A stretch of 64,000 nt of DNA from Planctomycetota bacterium (GTDB lineage Bacteria > Planctomycetota > UBA11346), in contig JBBRLJ010000014.1 of NCBI GenBank assembly GCA_038231435.1, positions 1 through 64,000 of the forward strand, given 5' to 3'. A program made the position numbers and the translations under genes. The first letter of the stretch is position 1; the number at the start of each line of letters is the position of its first letter. Positions 18,379 to 26,972 of this stretch are shown here, piece by piece. Under the pieces are notes generated by a model. That model ran no database searches. It worked only from the letters and a program-made list of their open reading frames with translations, and was not told where the DNA came from.

Positions 18379-19704
18379 ATGGCGATCACGCTCACACGCA
18401 TCGCTTCGCGCCAGGCCACCGTCGGCATCATCGGGCTCGGCTACGTCGGCCTGCCGCTCTCGCTCACCGTGTCCGAGGCGGGCTTCGCGGTCATCGGCTT
18501 CGACACGGACGCGGCCAAGGTCGCGGCGCTCGATGCGGGCTCGTCCTACATCCGCCAGATCCCGGCCGAGCGCGTCGCCCGCGCCCGCACACGCGCGCCT
18601 GGATTCAGCGCGTCGACCGACCTGGCCCGCGCCAGCGTCTGCGACGCGGTGATCATCTGCGTGCCTACGCCGCTCGACGAGCACCTCGCCCCTGACCTGG
18701 GCTACATCGAACGCACCTGCGAGGCGCTCGCGCCTCGCCTGTCGCCAGGCACGCTGGTGGTGCTCGAGAGCACCACCTGGCCGGGTACCACCGTCGAGGT
18801 GGTGCGGCCGATCCTCGAACGGCTGTCGGCGGGACGCGGCGAGTCGGGCGAAGGCCTGCGCCTCGGGCGCGACCTGTACCTGGCCTTCAGCCCCGAGCGC
18901 GAGGATCCAGGCAATGCGCGCTTCGACACCCGCAGCATCCCCAAGCTGGTGGGTGGCGCGGATGCGGCGAGCCTGGAGCTGGCGGTGGCCCTGTACAAGG
19001 CGGTGGTGGCGACCGTGGTTCCGGTCGACGGCACGCAGGTGGCCGAGGCCGCCAAGCTGCTCGAGAACATCTTCCGCTCGGTGAACATCGCCCTGGTGAA
19101 CGAGCTGAAGATGATCTTCGACCGGATGGGTATCGACATCTGGCAGGTGATCGCCGCGGCAAGCACCAAGCCGTTCGGATTCATGCCCTTCCATCCCGGG
19201 CCGGGAATGGGCGGGCACTGCATCCCCATCGATCCCTACTACCTGACCTGGCGGGCGAAGCAGTTCGGCATCGACACGCGCTTCATCGAGCTCGCGGGCG
19301 AGATCAACCGCGCGATGCCAGCGTGGGTGGTGGGCAAGGTGGCGCTGTGCCTGAACGACGTGGGCAAGGCCATCCGCGGCAGCCGCATCCTGGTGCTGGG
19401 CCTGGCCTACAAGGCCGACGTCGACGACATCCGCGAGAGCCCGAGCTTCTCGCTGATCGCCCTGCTCGAAGCCCAGGGCGCGACCGTCGACTACCACGAT
19501 CCCTACGTGCCGGTGATCCCGCCCACGCGCGAGCACGCCGCCCTGGCCGGCCGCGCGAGCAAGCCGTTGTCCAAGGACTACGACTGCTTCCTGCTCGCGA
19601 CCGGTCACCGCCTCTTCGACCCGTCAGCGATCCTCGCCCACGGCGTGCCGGTGGTCGACACCCGGAACAAGCTGCCGCGCGGCCCGGGCGTGTATCCGGC
19701 GTAG
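18379..19704 (+). CDS. Nucleotide-sugar dehydrogenase (UDP-GlcNAc/ManNAc 6-dehydrogenase, WbpA/WecC family)
   Basis: GLGYVGLP, ICVPTPL, ESTTWPGTT, FSPEREDPGN, KLLEN, GGHCIPIDP, GLAYKADVDDIRESP. Confidence 0.9.
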   Translation: MAITLTRIASRQATVGIIGLGYVGLPLSLTVSEAGFAVIGFDTDAAKVAALDAGSSYIRQIPAERVARARTRAPGFSASTDLARASVCDAVIICVPTPLDEHLAPDLGYIERTCEALAPRLSPGTLVVLESTTWPGTTVEVVRPILERLSAGRGESGEGLRLGRDLYLAFSPEREDPGNARFDTRSIPKLVGGADAASLELAVALYKAVVATVVPVDGTQVAEAAKLLENIFRSVNIALVNELKMIFDRMGIDIWQVIAAASTKPFGFMPFHPGPGMGGHCIPIDPYYLTWRAKQFGIDTRFIELAGEINRAMPAWVVGKVALCLNDVGKAIRGSRILVLGLAYKADVDDIRESPSFSLIALLEAQGATVDYHDPYVPVIPPTREHAALAGRASKPLSKDYDCFLLATGHRLFDPSAILAHGVPVVDTRNKLPRGPGVYPA

Positions 19705-19718
19705 GGCGTAGGGCGTAG
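19698..19718 (+). repeat. (GGCGTAG)x3 tandem repeat overlapping a stop codon
   Basis: Read directly from the sequence. Confidence 0.8.
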
Positions 19719-19767
19719 CGACTGATCCGACCCGTTCGGGACACACTGGGATCGCGGTTGCCTGGCG

Positions 19768-21099
19768 TCAGCGCTTTCCGGTGATGCGATAGCCTTCTCG
19801 TGTCGGGTCGAAGAGATCAGGGTTCAGGCGCGTCCCGAGTCCCGGACCGCGCGGTAATTCGGCATGCCCATCGACGATCACCGGCAAGGTATCGATGAGG
19901 TCCTTGTAGACCGTGCGGATCTGCGCTCTGACGGTCTCTTGGAAGCAGCACCCGGGGACGGCGGCATTCACGTGCAATCCAGCGAACAGGGTCAGCGGAC
20001 CGGTGCAATCATGCATCGTGACCGGGACATTGTACGCCTGGGCCATGTGCGCCAGACGAGCCGACTCGGAGATGCCACCGACCCATGTCGGATCGATCAT
20101 GATGTAGTCGGCAGCGCAGACGTTCAGCGCCTTCGCGAAGTCGGCGCGGCTGAGCAGCATCTCGCTCACCGAGATGGGCATGCGGCTCTGCCGCCTGAAA
20201 TCGGCGATCGTATCGATGTTGTCGGTCTTCAGCACGTCTTCGAGCCACAGGGGACGCAGCTCACGCAGCGCGTCGGCGATGCGCAGCGCCGCTGGCAGCA
20301 TGAAGAATCCGTGCCCATCCACCATGAACTCAACGCGATCGCCGAAACGGTCGCGGATGGCCCGCAGGGGCGCGATCGCGGTATCCAGCTCCTGCAAGGA
20401 GATGCGCATGCCCCCGTGCATGTGGGCCGCACGGTCGAATGGCCAGACCTTGATGGCGTTGATGCCTTCCGAGAGGAGATCCTCGATGAGTTCGATCGGA
20501 TGATGGAAGAGATTGTATGAATCGCCCAAGGGACCCGGCTGGCCGATGCCGCCGTATCCCGGCCACACCGGTTGGCGATCCGGATTGGGGCCGTACGTGG
20601 GATTTCCGCACGAATTGTAGACTGGGATCCGAGACCTGACGGGCCCACCCAACAGGCGGTAGATCGGCTGCCGGCAGACCTGCCCCATGATATCCCACAA
20701 CGCGAGATCGATCGCCGAGATCGCTCTGAGCTCGGTCCCCCTCACCCCGAAATTAGCCGACCTCTCGTACAGGAAACGCCAGTGGCTCTCGATCGCCAAC
20801 GCGTCTTGGCCGATCAGCCGCCGCGCCATCTGGTCGTGGACCATCGCTGACATGGCCGAGGCGCAGTAATACGACTCGCCATGACCGATGATGCCGGCCT
20901 CGGTGTGGATCCGCATGAGCATCAAGCCGGGAAAAAGCTCTACCGGTTCACTGGTCTCGATGGCGGTGATGCGGATCGCGCCTTCGGATATCGGCGTTGG
21001 GGGCAGGTACATCTCGGGCAAGGGTGGGATCCCGGGCATGAACACCCGTTCCGCCCGACGTGCATCCACGCCATCACCGGGATCCTGGATGTCGGCCAT
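19768..21099 (-). CDS. Mandelate racemase/MLE-family enzyme (acid-sugar dehydratase-like)
   Basis: GIIGHGE, AISAIDLALWDIMGQ, KVWP, VDGH, WLED, VSE, HDCTGP, PGLG. Confidence 0.9.
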   Translation of the reverse strand: MADIQDPGDGVDARRAERVFMPGIPPLPEMYLPPTPISEGAIRITAIETSEPVELFPGLMLMRIHTEAGIIGHGESYYCASAMSAMVHDQMARRLIGQDALAIESHWRFLYERSANFGVRGTELRAISAIDLALWDIMGQVCRQPIYRLLGGPVRSRIPVYNSCGNPTYGPNPDRQPVWPGYGGIGQPGPLGDSYNLFHHPIELIEDLLSEGINAIKVWPFDRAAHMHGGMRISLQELDTAIAPLRAIRDRFGDRVEFMVDGHGFFMLPAALRIADALRELRPLWLEDVLKTDNIDTIADFRRQSRMPISVSEMLLSRADFAKALNVCAADYIMIDPTWVGGISESARLAHMAQAYNVPVTMHDCTGPLTLFAGLHVNAAVPGCCFQETVRAQIRTVYKDLIDTLPVIVDGHAELPRGPGLGTRLNPDLFDPTREGYRITGKR

Positions 21100-21118
21100 G
21101 AATCGCCCTTTCTGGTGC

Positions 21119-21172
21119 AACGCCTGCGCACTCTATCGAAACGCTTGCGCACAGTCGTTCCGCTGTATGAAA
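21119..21172. promoter_or_regulatory. Operator-like sites between divergent MR/MLE and IclR genes
   Basis: AACGC(C/T)TGCGCAC at 21119 and 21140 (21-bp period); imperfect palindrome TTCCG-ctgta-TGAAA at 21158-21172. Confidence 0.5.
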
Positions 21173-21185
21173 TGCATTCTGTACC

Positions 21186-21935
21186 ATGAAACGAGCGACA
21201 CAAGCCACCTCTGCCCCCGAAGCCGCCTCGATGCTCGAGCGCGCATTCGCGATCCTGGCGATCCTCCCTACCGACGATGGCATCCCGCTCGCTGAGGTAG
21301 CCAGCCGGGCTTCGCTCCCGAAGCCGACGACGCACCGCATCCTGCGCGCCTTGATCAACCTCGGGCAGGTGATCCAGGACGAGCGCACCCGCAGCTACCG
21401 ATCTTCGGGTCGGCTGACCGTCCCGTCGACGCCATCCTGGAACGCCATACGCGAGGCTGCCCTCCCGCGCATGAAACGCCTGCATAAGGCCCTCGACGAG
21501 ACCGTGAACCTGGGCGTCCGGGACGGAGCCGCCGTCCGCTATCTGCACGTGATCGAGTCGACGCGTCCGTTACGGCTGACCACCATTCCCGATGCCGTCG
21601 ATCCGCTGCACAGCACGGCGCTCGGGCGGATGCTGCTCGCAGGCATGGATCCACGACAGGCGGCTGTCGTGCTCGCTGGTTCGGCGCCGACAGCGTCGAC
21701 AGCGAAGACGATCGTCGATCCGATCGTGCTCGAGCGGATCGTGCATGCCGCGCGCAGACGCGGATACGCGGAAGAATGCGAAGAGAACGATATCGGCGTG
21801 GCGTGCATCGCCGTGCCGCTGCGGGCGACCCCGTGGGTCCACGACGCCGCGATCAGCATCACCGTTCCCACGCCCCGTTTCACCGTCGCAAGGCGGCGAG
21901 AGATCATCGCGACCCTGAACGAGGTGGTCCCATGA
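21186..21935 (+). CDS. IclR-family transcriptional regulator
   Basis: LERAFAIL, HTH LAEVASRASLPKPTTHRIL, ETVNLG, PLHSTALGR, GYA...EENDIGVACIAVP. Confidence 0.92.
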   Translation: MKRATQATSAPEAASMLERAFAILAILPTDDGIPLAEVASRASLPKPTTHRILRALINLGQVIQDERTRSYRSSGRLTVPSTPSWNAIREAALPRMKRLHKALDETVNLGVRDGAAVRYLHVIESTRPLRLTTIPDAVDPLHSTALGRMLLAGMDPRQAAVVLAGSAPTASTAKTIVDPIVLERIVHAARRRGYAEECEENDIGVACIAVPLRATPWVHDAAISITVPTPRFTVARRREIIATLNEVVP

Positions 21936-23230
21936 AGACGTACAGCGCTTCCGCCGCTCTCAACGCGCGGGCACGCTCGGTGCTGGCCGGTGGTGTGTCC
22001 AGCGAGTTCCGGAAGTTCTCGTATCCGCATCCCCTGTTCTTCAGCCGGGCATCCGGGGCCACGATCACCGATGTCGATGGCAACGAATATCTCGATTTCG
22101 CGTTGAGCCAGGGGCCGATGATCCTGGGACATTCGCACCCCGAGGTGCTCGAGGCCGTGGCGAGGGCGACCGCGGATGGACAGCTGTTCGCGGGTCAGCA
22201 TATCGCCGAACTGCAACTCGCCGAAACCCTGCAGCGTCTGATTCCGTGCGCTGAACGCATGCGCTTCAGCCTATCTGGGTCGGAAGCCGATCATTGCGCA
22301 TGGCGTTTGGCGCGGGCGATCACGGGTAGGCCGCGCATCCTGCGTTTCGAGGGGCATTACCACGGCTGGTTCGACCCGGTGGCCCAAGGCATCCACCATC
22401 CGGATGGGATGGACGCCGGCCCGCGATCCGCTCCGAACATCATCCCTTGGACCGCTGGCCTACCACCGCACATCGCCGATGAGATCGTCCTCGTTCCCTG
22501 GAACGATCTCGATCTCGTCGAGGCCGCCCTCGAAGCCCACGGCCATGAGATCGCGGCGATCATCACCGAACCGGTGATGTGCAACAACAGCTGCATCGCC
22601 CCTCGGCCTGGATACCTGGCGGGCCTCAGGCGCCTGTGCGACCGGTTTGGATGCCTGCTGATCTTCGATGAGGTCATCACCGGATTCCGCATGGGATTGG
22701 GCGGGGCTCAAGCCGCCTACGGCGTCACCCCCGATCTCGCGGTCTTCGGCAAGGCGATGGCGAGCGGATGGCCGATCAGCGTGCTCGCCGGGAAGAGCGC
22801 CTGCATGGATCCGATCTCGACCGGTCAGGTGATCCACGCGGGAACGATGAATTCCGGGAATTCATCCATCGCCGCCGCGGCAGCGACCATCCGGGTGATG
22901 GAGCGCGATCGCGTCACGGACAGGCTCATGACGCTCGGGCTCCGCCTGATGGCCGGGCTGCGCTCCGCGGCTCGCGACGCCGGCGTGGATGTCCTCGTGC
23001 AGGGTATCGGGCCGATGTTCCACCTGGGCTTCACGAGCATCGCTGAGGTCTCCGATCTCAGGGGATGCCAGGCCTACGATCGGAAGCGCTACGCGGCATT
23101 CTTGGCCGGGATGCAGGAACGGGGGATACGCCTGATCGGTCGTGGTCTGTGGTATGTATCGCATGCCCATTCCGACGAGCACATCGATCGCGCGATCGCC
23201 GCCGCACGCGGCGTGTTCGCCGAGCTGTAG
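21932..23230 (+). CDS. Class III PLP aminotransferase (GSA aminomutase-like)
   Basis: DVDGNEYLDF, SGSEA, FEGHYHG, EPV, IFDEVITGFR, PDLAVFGK; ATGA overlap with iclR. Confidence 0.9.
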   Translation: MKTYSASAALNARARSVLAGGVSSEFRKFSYPHPLFFSRASGATITDVDGNEYLDFALSQGPMILGHSHPEVLEAVARATADGQLFAGQHIAELQLAETLQRLIPCAERMRFSLSGSEADHCAWRLARAITGRPRILRFEGHYHGWFDPVAQGIHHPDGMDAGPRSAPNIIPWTAGLPPHIADEIVLVPWNDLDLVEAALEAHGHEIAAIITEPVMCNNSCIAPRPGYLAGLRRLCDRFGCLLIFDEVITGFRMGLGGAQAAYGVTPDLAVFGKAMASGWPISVLAGKSACMDPISTGQVIHAGTMNSGNSSIAAAAATIRVMERDRVTDRLMTLGLRLMAGLRSAARDAGVDVLVQGIGPMFHLGFTSIAEVSDLRGCQAYDRKRYAAFLAGMQERGIRLIGRGLWYVSHAHSDEHIDRAIAAARGVFAEL

Positions 23231-23232
23231 GC

Positions 23233-24705
23233 ATGCCTGCCCTGGTGCTGGTTGCTGGCCTATCGCATGAGAGCAATGGGTTTGTCGATTCCGTCACGCC
23301 CATGGGCGCCTTCACGGTACACCGGGGTGCCGAGATGCTGGCGTTCCACGGCGACGGCTCGGCGTTGGGAGGCGTGCTCGACGCCGGTGCGGCCATGGGT
23401 TGGACCATCGAGCCTGCCATCGTGATGAACGCCTGGCCATCGGCACCGGCCGAGGATGCGGTCGTCCAGACGTTTCTCGATGGCGTCTCCTCGAGCGTGT
23501 CGCGTCAGACCGCGCACATCGATGGGGTGATGCTGGTCATGCACGGCGCGATGTGCACGTCAGCGTGCTCGGACGTCGAGGGCTTGGTCGTGTCGGCGCT
23601 GCGACGCATTCCGGCTCTGCGCTCGATTCCGATCGTCGCCGTGCTGGATCTGCACGGCAACATCTCGACGGAGATGGCGAGTGGACTCGACGCCATCGTC
23701 GCCTTCCGCCATAATCCGCACGACGATATGCCGGAATCAGGAATGCGTGGAGCGCGCATCCTGGCACGGCTGATGGAGAATGGCGTACGCGGACGGTGCG
23801 TGCGCGCGGTTCCTGGCGTGTTGCTGTCCCCGATCGCGAGCGCGACCGACGATCTGCCCATGCGCGCGCTGGAGGGCGAGGCTCGCGCCATCGAGGCGCA
23901 GGATCCGCGCATCCTCGAGATCGCCATCTTCGCCGGTTTCCCCTACGCCGATCATGCCGACATCGGCATGTCGATCTGCGTGAGCAGCATCGGCGACCCG
24001 GACACGGCCCAGGGGCACGCCGACTCGCTCGCTGGAGTGGCGCGCGAGCATCGCGGGTCGGCGAGACGCGAGGATCTTCCGCCACGGCAATTGATCGAAC
24101 GGATGCGCTCCTTTCGCTCCGGCACGGTGGTGGTGTCCGAGCCCGCCGACAATATCGGTGGTGGCGCGCTCGGCGACGGTACGGGACTCCTGCGACTGCT
24201 CCTGGATGTGGATCTGGGTGGACCATCCCTGATCGCCATCTGCGACCCGCACGCGGTCGAGGCGATGGCCCGCGTGGCGGTCGACGACCAGATCCGATGC
24301 GCCATCGGTGGCCGGAGTCATCGCGGCGACGAAGGCCCCGTCGAACGCGATTGGATACTGCTACATCGCAGCGACGGGACCTTCATGCTGGAAGATCCCG
24401 CGAGTCCGCTCGCAGCGTTCCACGGCAAGCTGGTGCGCATGGGCGCCTGTGTGGTCTTGGGACACGGTCAGGTTCGCGTCCTCGTGACCAGCCGGCCGAC
24501 GGCACCGTGGGATCTGGGTCAATGGAGAAGCCAGGGACTCTCGCCCGAGCAGGCACGCGTAATCGGCGTCAAATCAGCAGCGGCGCATCGCGCGGCATAT
24601 CGGGGCATCGCCTGCGAATTCCTGAGCGTGCACACCCCAGGCCCGTGCCCGACGGATCTGACGTCGATCGGGTACGCGAAATACCGGAGCCCGAAGATCC
24701 CGTAG
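23233..24705 (+). CDS. M81-family metallopeptidase (MlrC-like)
   Basis: HESNGF, MHGAM, DVEG, LDLHGN, PHDD, ADNIGGG, VKS motifs. Confidence 0.88.
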   Translation: MPALVLVAGLSHESNGFVDSVTPMGAFTVHRGAEMLAFHGDGSALGGVLDAGAAMGWTIEPAIVMNAWPSAPAEDAVVQTFLDGVSSSVSRQTAHIDGVMLVMHGAMCTSACSDVEGLVVSALRRIPALRSIPIVAVLDLHGNISTEMASGLDAIVAFRHNPHDDMPESGMRGARILARLMENGVRGRCVRAVPGVLLSPIASATDDLPMRALEGEARAIEAQDPRILEIAIFAGFPYADHADIGMSICVSSIGDPDTAQGHADSLAGVAREHRGSARREDLPPRQLIERMRSFRSGTVVVSEPADNIGGGALGDGTGLLRLLLDVDLGGPSLIAICDPHAVEAMARVAVDDQIRCAIGGRSHRGDEGPVERDWILLHRSDGTFMLEDPASPLAAFHGKLVRMGACVVLGHGQVRVLVTSRPTAPWDLGQWRSQGLSPEQARVIGVKSAAAHRAAYRGIACEFLSVHTPGPCPTDLTSIGYAKYRSPKIP

Positions 24706-24811
24706 CTCTGGAGATCCAGCCCCAGAAATCCCGTCATTGAATGCGCAGAAGACGAGCCCATCGGATCCCTGGGCGCGCGTGACGTGGGTGCGCCCCACGC
24801 TCAGGACTGGG

Positions 24812-25681
24812 TCACTCGCCGGTGAGGCGCGCGAGACTGGCGCGTCCACTGTGACGGTAGGCGCTCGGACTGGTACCGCAGTGTCGCCTGAACTGGCGGC
24901 TGAAGTGGAACTGGTCACCGAACCCGCAACGCGCCGCAACCTCGGAGATAGGCGCGTCTTCGGCGATCAGCAGGCGCTGGGCCGCCCGCACGCGCAGGTC
25001 TTGGAGGTAGGCCGAGGGCGATCGTCCGAATGTGGCGGCGAACACCGCGTGGAAGCGCGATGGAGAAAGCCCCGCCGCACGGGCCAGGCCGGGTATCCCC
25101 AGCCGCTGGCTGAAGCGTTCGGACATCAGACGCAGAACCGGCGCGAGGCGGCTGCCACCACGCACCAGCTCGGTGGCCTCGGCGGGCGGCACGGCGCATT
25201 CCAGCAGGGCGGAAAATAGCCCGAAGCACAAGCGTTTCTCCTCGGCGACCATCCGCAGGGAATCGCCGCGGCGTGACGTGCCCCTCATGGCGTCGCCCAG
25301 CAGCGCGACGAGCTCGCGATTGATGGCACCGATCCGCTCGCCGAGCACACCGGCATCGACGATGCCCATGAAGGCGAACGCGTCGATGCCACCGAGCAGG
25401 TGCGCATCGATGTGTGCCCACGCGAAAGTCCCGACCTTGCCGCGGGTCGAGAAACGATGGCGCAATCCCGCCCGCGACACGTATCCGGACCCTGCCGGAA
25501 GGCGTACCGCCGTACCACCCTCGAGCTCGTGCCATACCGCGGTACCGAGCACCTGGCCGACAACGGTGAACGGGTACTGCTCGACCTGGCCCGGGAGCAC
25601 GGTGTCGGTAACGCCGCACCTCAGGCACGACACCGACAGCGAGTCGGCGAAGGTCCAGGCCGAATGCCGGGGTTCATCCAT
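24812..25681 (-). CDS. AraC-family transcriptional regulator
   Basis: Double HTH: LARAAGLSPSRFHAVF...SP..Y and ISEVAARCGFGDQFHFSRQFRRHCGTSPSAYR; GGAGG SD. Confidence 0.92.
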   Translation of the reverse strand: MDEPRHSAWTFADSLSVSCLRCGVTDTVLPGQVEQYPFTVVGQVLGTAVWHELEGGTAVRLPAGSGYVSRAGLRHRFSTRGKVGTFAWAHIDAHLLGGIDAFAFMGIVDAGVLGERIGAINRELVALLGDAMRGTSRRGDSLRMVAEEKRLCFGLFSALLECAVPPAEATELVRGGSRLAPVLRLMSERFSQRLGIPGLARAAGLSPSRFHAVFAATFGRSPSAYLQDLRVRAAQRLLIAEDAPISEVAARCGFGDQFHFSRQFRRHCGTSPSAYRHSGRASLARLTGE

Positions 25682-25748
25682 GCGAGCCCTCCTGCGAACG
25701 GCCAGGCGAAGGCTCCGGACTTCCGGCCCAGGCTGTCCAATCGCCTAT

Positions 25749-25818
25749 CACAGCAGGCCCTTCACAGGATGAACGTCACAGGTTGCCCGCCACAGGTTGC
25801 CCGCCACAGGAGTTTCCG
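25749..25818. repeat. Five 14-bp-period units starting CACAG
   Basis: CACAGCAGGCCCTT, CACAGGATGAACGT, CACAGGTTGCCCGC, CACAGGTTGCCCGC, CACAGGAGTTTCCG at 25749, 25763, 25777, 25791, 25805. Confidence 0.7.
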
Positions 25819-25938
25819 ACATGGAAGCGGTCGGCGACGCCATGGAACTCTTCGGCATCTGTTCATCCTACACCAAGAGAAAGCAAGTAAATCGTCATCG
25901 TTGTCGATGGCCCCACCAGCTACGCAGGAGGAATCCCC

Positions 25939-26835
25939 ATGTCCGATACCGTTGAAGCATCCCCCAGCCACGACGAACGCTACCTGTTCGATGTCCACGG
26001 GTGCCTCTTGCTGCGCGGCGTGCTGTCTCCCTCTCACTGCGAAGCGCTTTCGACCACGCTGAGCGCGCTGGCCGAGACATCCGTCGACGACAGCGTGTGG
26101 CAACGGCGCGCACGCGCCGACCAGGCAGTGCTTCCCACCGTCGAGCGCCAACCCGGAGATACCACCCGCCTGAACGGCATCATGCGGCTGAGCCCCGAGT
26201 TTCACGGACTCATCGATCACGCACGCATCCTGCCGTATCTGCACGCGTTCATGGGCGTACCGCAGCTCGGCAACGCCTGGTCGATCGCCAAAGGTCGCGG
26301 GAATCCCGCCGGCCAATGGCACCGTGGCATCCCCGCCAGCAGCTTTTCGAACGCCAACGGCACGATCGTCAGCCGTATGCTCAATGTGGTATTCTTCCTT
26401 ACCGACAACGGACCCGATGACGGCTGCATGATCGCCATCCCGGGTTCGCACAAGCATGCATCCCAGCCGCACTTCGATCGCTACGCCGATCCGCGCGACG
26501 TCCCAGGAGCCCAGGTGATCACAGGCAAGGCCGGCGACGTCTTCCTGTTCTCGGAGGCGGTCCTGCACAACGGCCTGACCAAGACCAGCGGCGGCGTGCG
26601 CGCCAACCTCTATTACAACTACGTGACCCTCGACTACAATGTCCTGACTCACGGATCGGTCAGCACCCGTCACCTGGTCTACGGACCGGCGGTGCGCGAC
26701 CGCTTCAACCCGAGCCAGCGCGAACTGACACGCTGGATGGAACTCGTGACGTGCGAGGACGATCCGCTGGAGCGAGCGACCGAGCTTGCGGATCCGGTGG
26801 CCAGGCAGCTGGAGCTCAGCGCCGCGCGCGGGTGA
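25939..26835 (+). CDS. PhyH-family Fe(II)/2-oxoglutarate enzyme with HxG motif
   Basis: YLFDVHG, WHRG, FLTD...GC...IPGSHK, AGDVFLFSEAVLH...R; AGGAGG SD. Confidence 0.85.
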   Translation: MSDTVEASPSHDERYLFDVHGCLLLRGVLSPSHCEALSTTLSALAETSVDDSVWQRRARADQAVLPTVERQPGDTTRLNGIMRLSPEFHGLIDHARILPYLHAFMGVPQLGNAWSIAKGRGNPAGQWHRGIPASSFSNANGTIVSRMLNVVFFLTDNGPDDGCMIAIPGSHKHASQPHFDRYADPRDVPGAQVITGKAGDVFLFSEAVLHNGLTKTSGGVRANLYYNYVTLDYNVLTHGSVSTRHLVYGPAVRDRFNPSQRELTRWMELVTCEDDPLERATELADPVARQLELSAARG

Positions 26836-26972
26836 GCGGCTGCATCACACGCGTGCCTCGAGGGCTGATCCCAGGGCGATTACGCGGGACGATCTCCGGA
26901 ACTCAGGAGTGGGTCGCCTCTCCTGCATCTCGAGAGCTTGTCGGAGTTCCCCATGTCCAAGCGCGCAGTCCG

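Noticed and set aside
21932..24705. hemL and microcystin-degradation (mlrC) assignments
   Set aside because: Family-level similarity only; no tetrapyrrole or mlrABD context.
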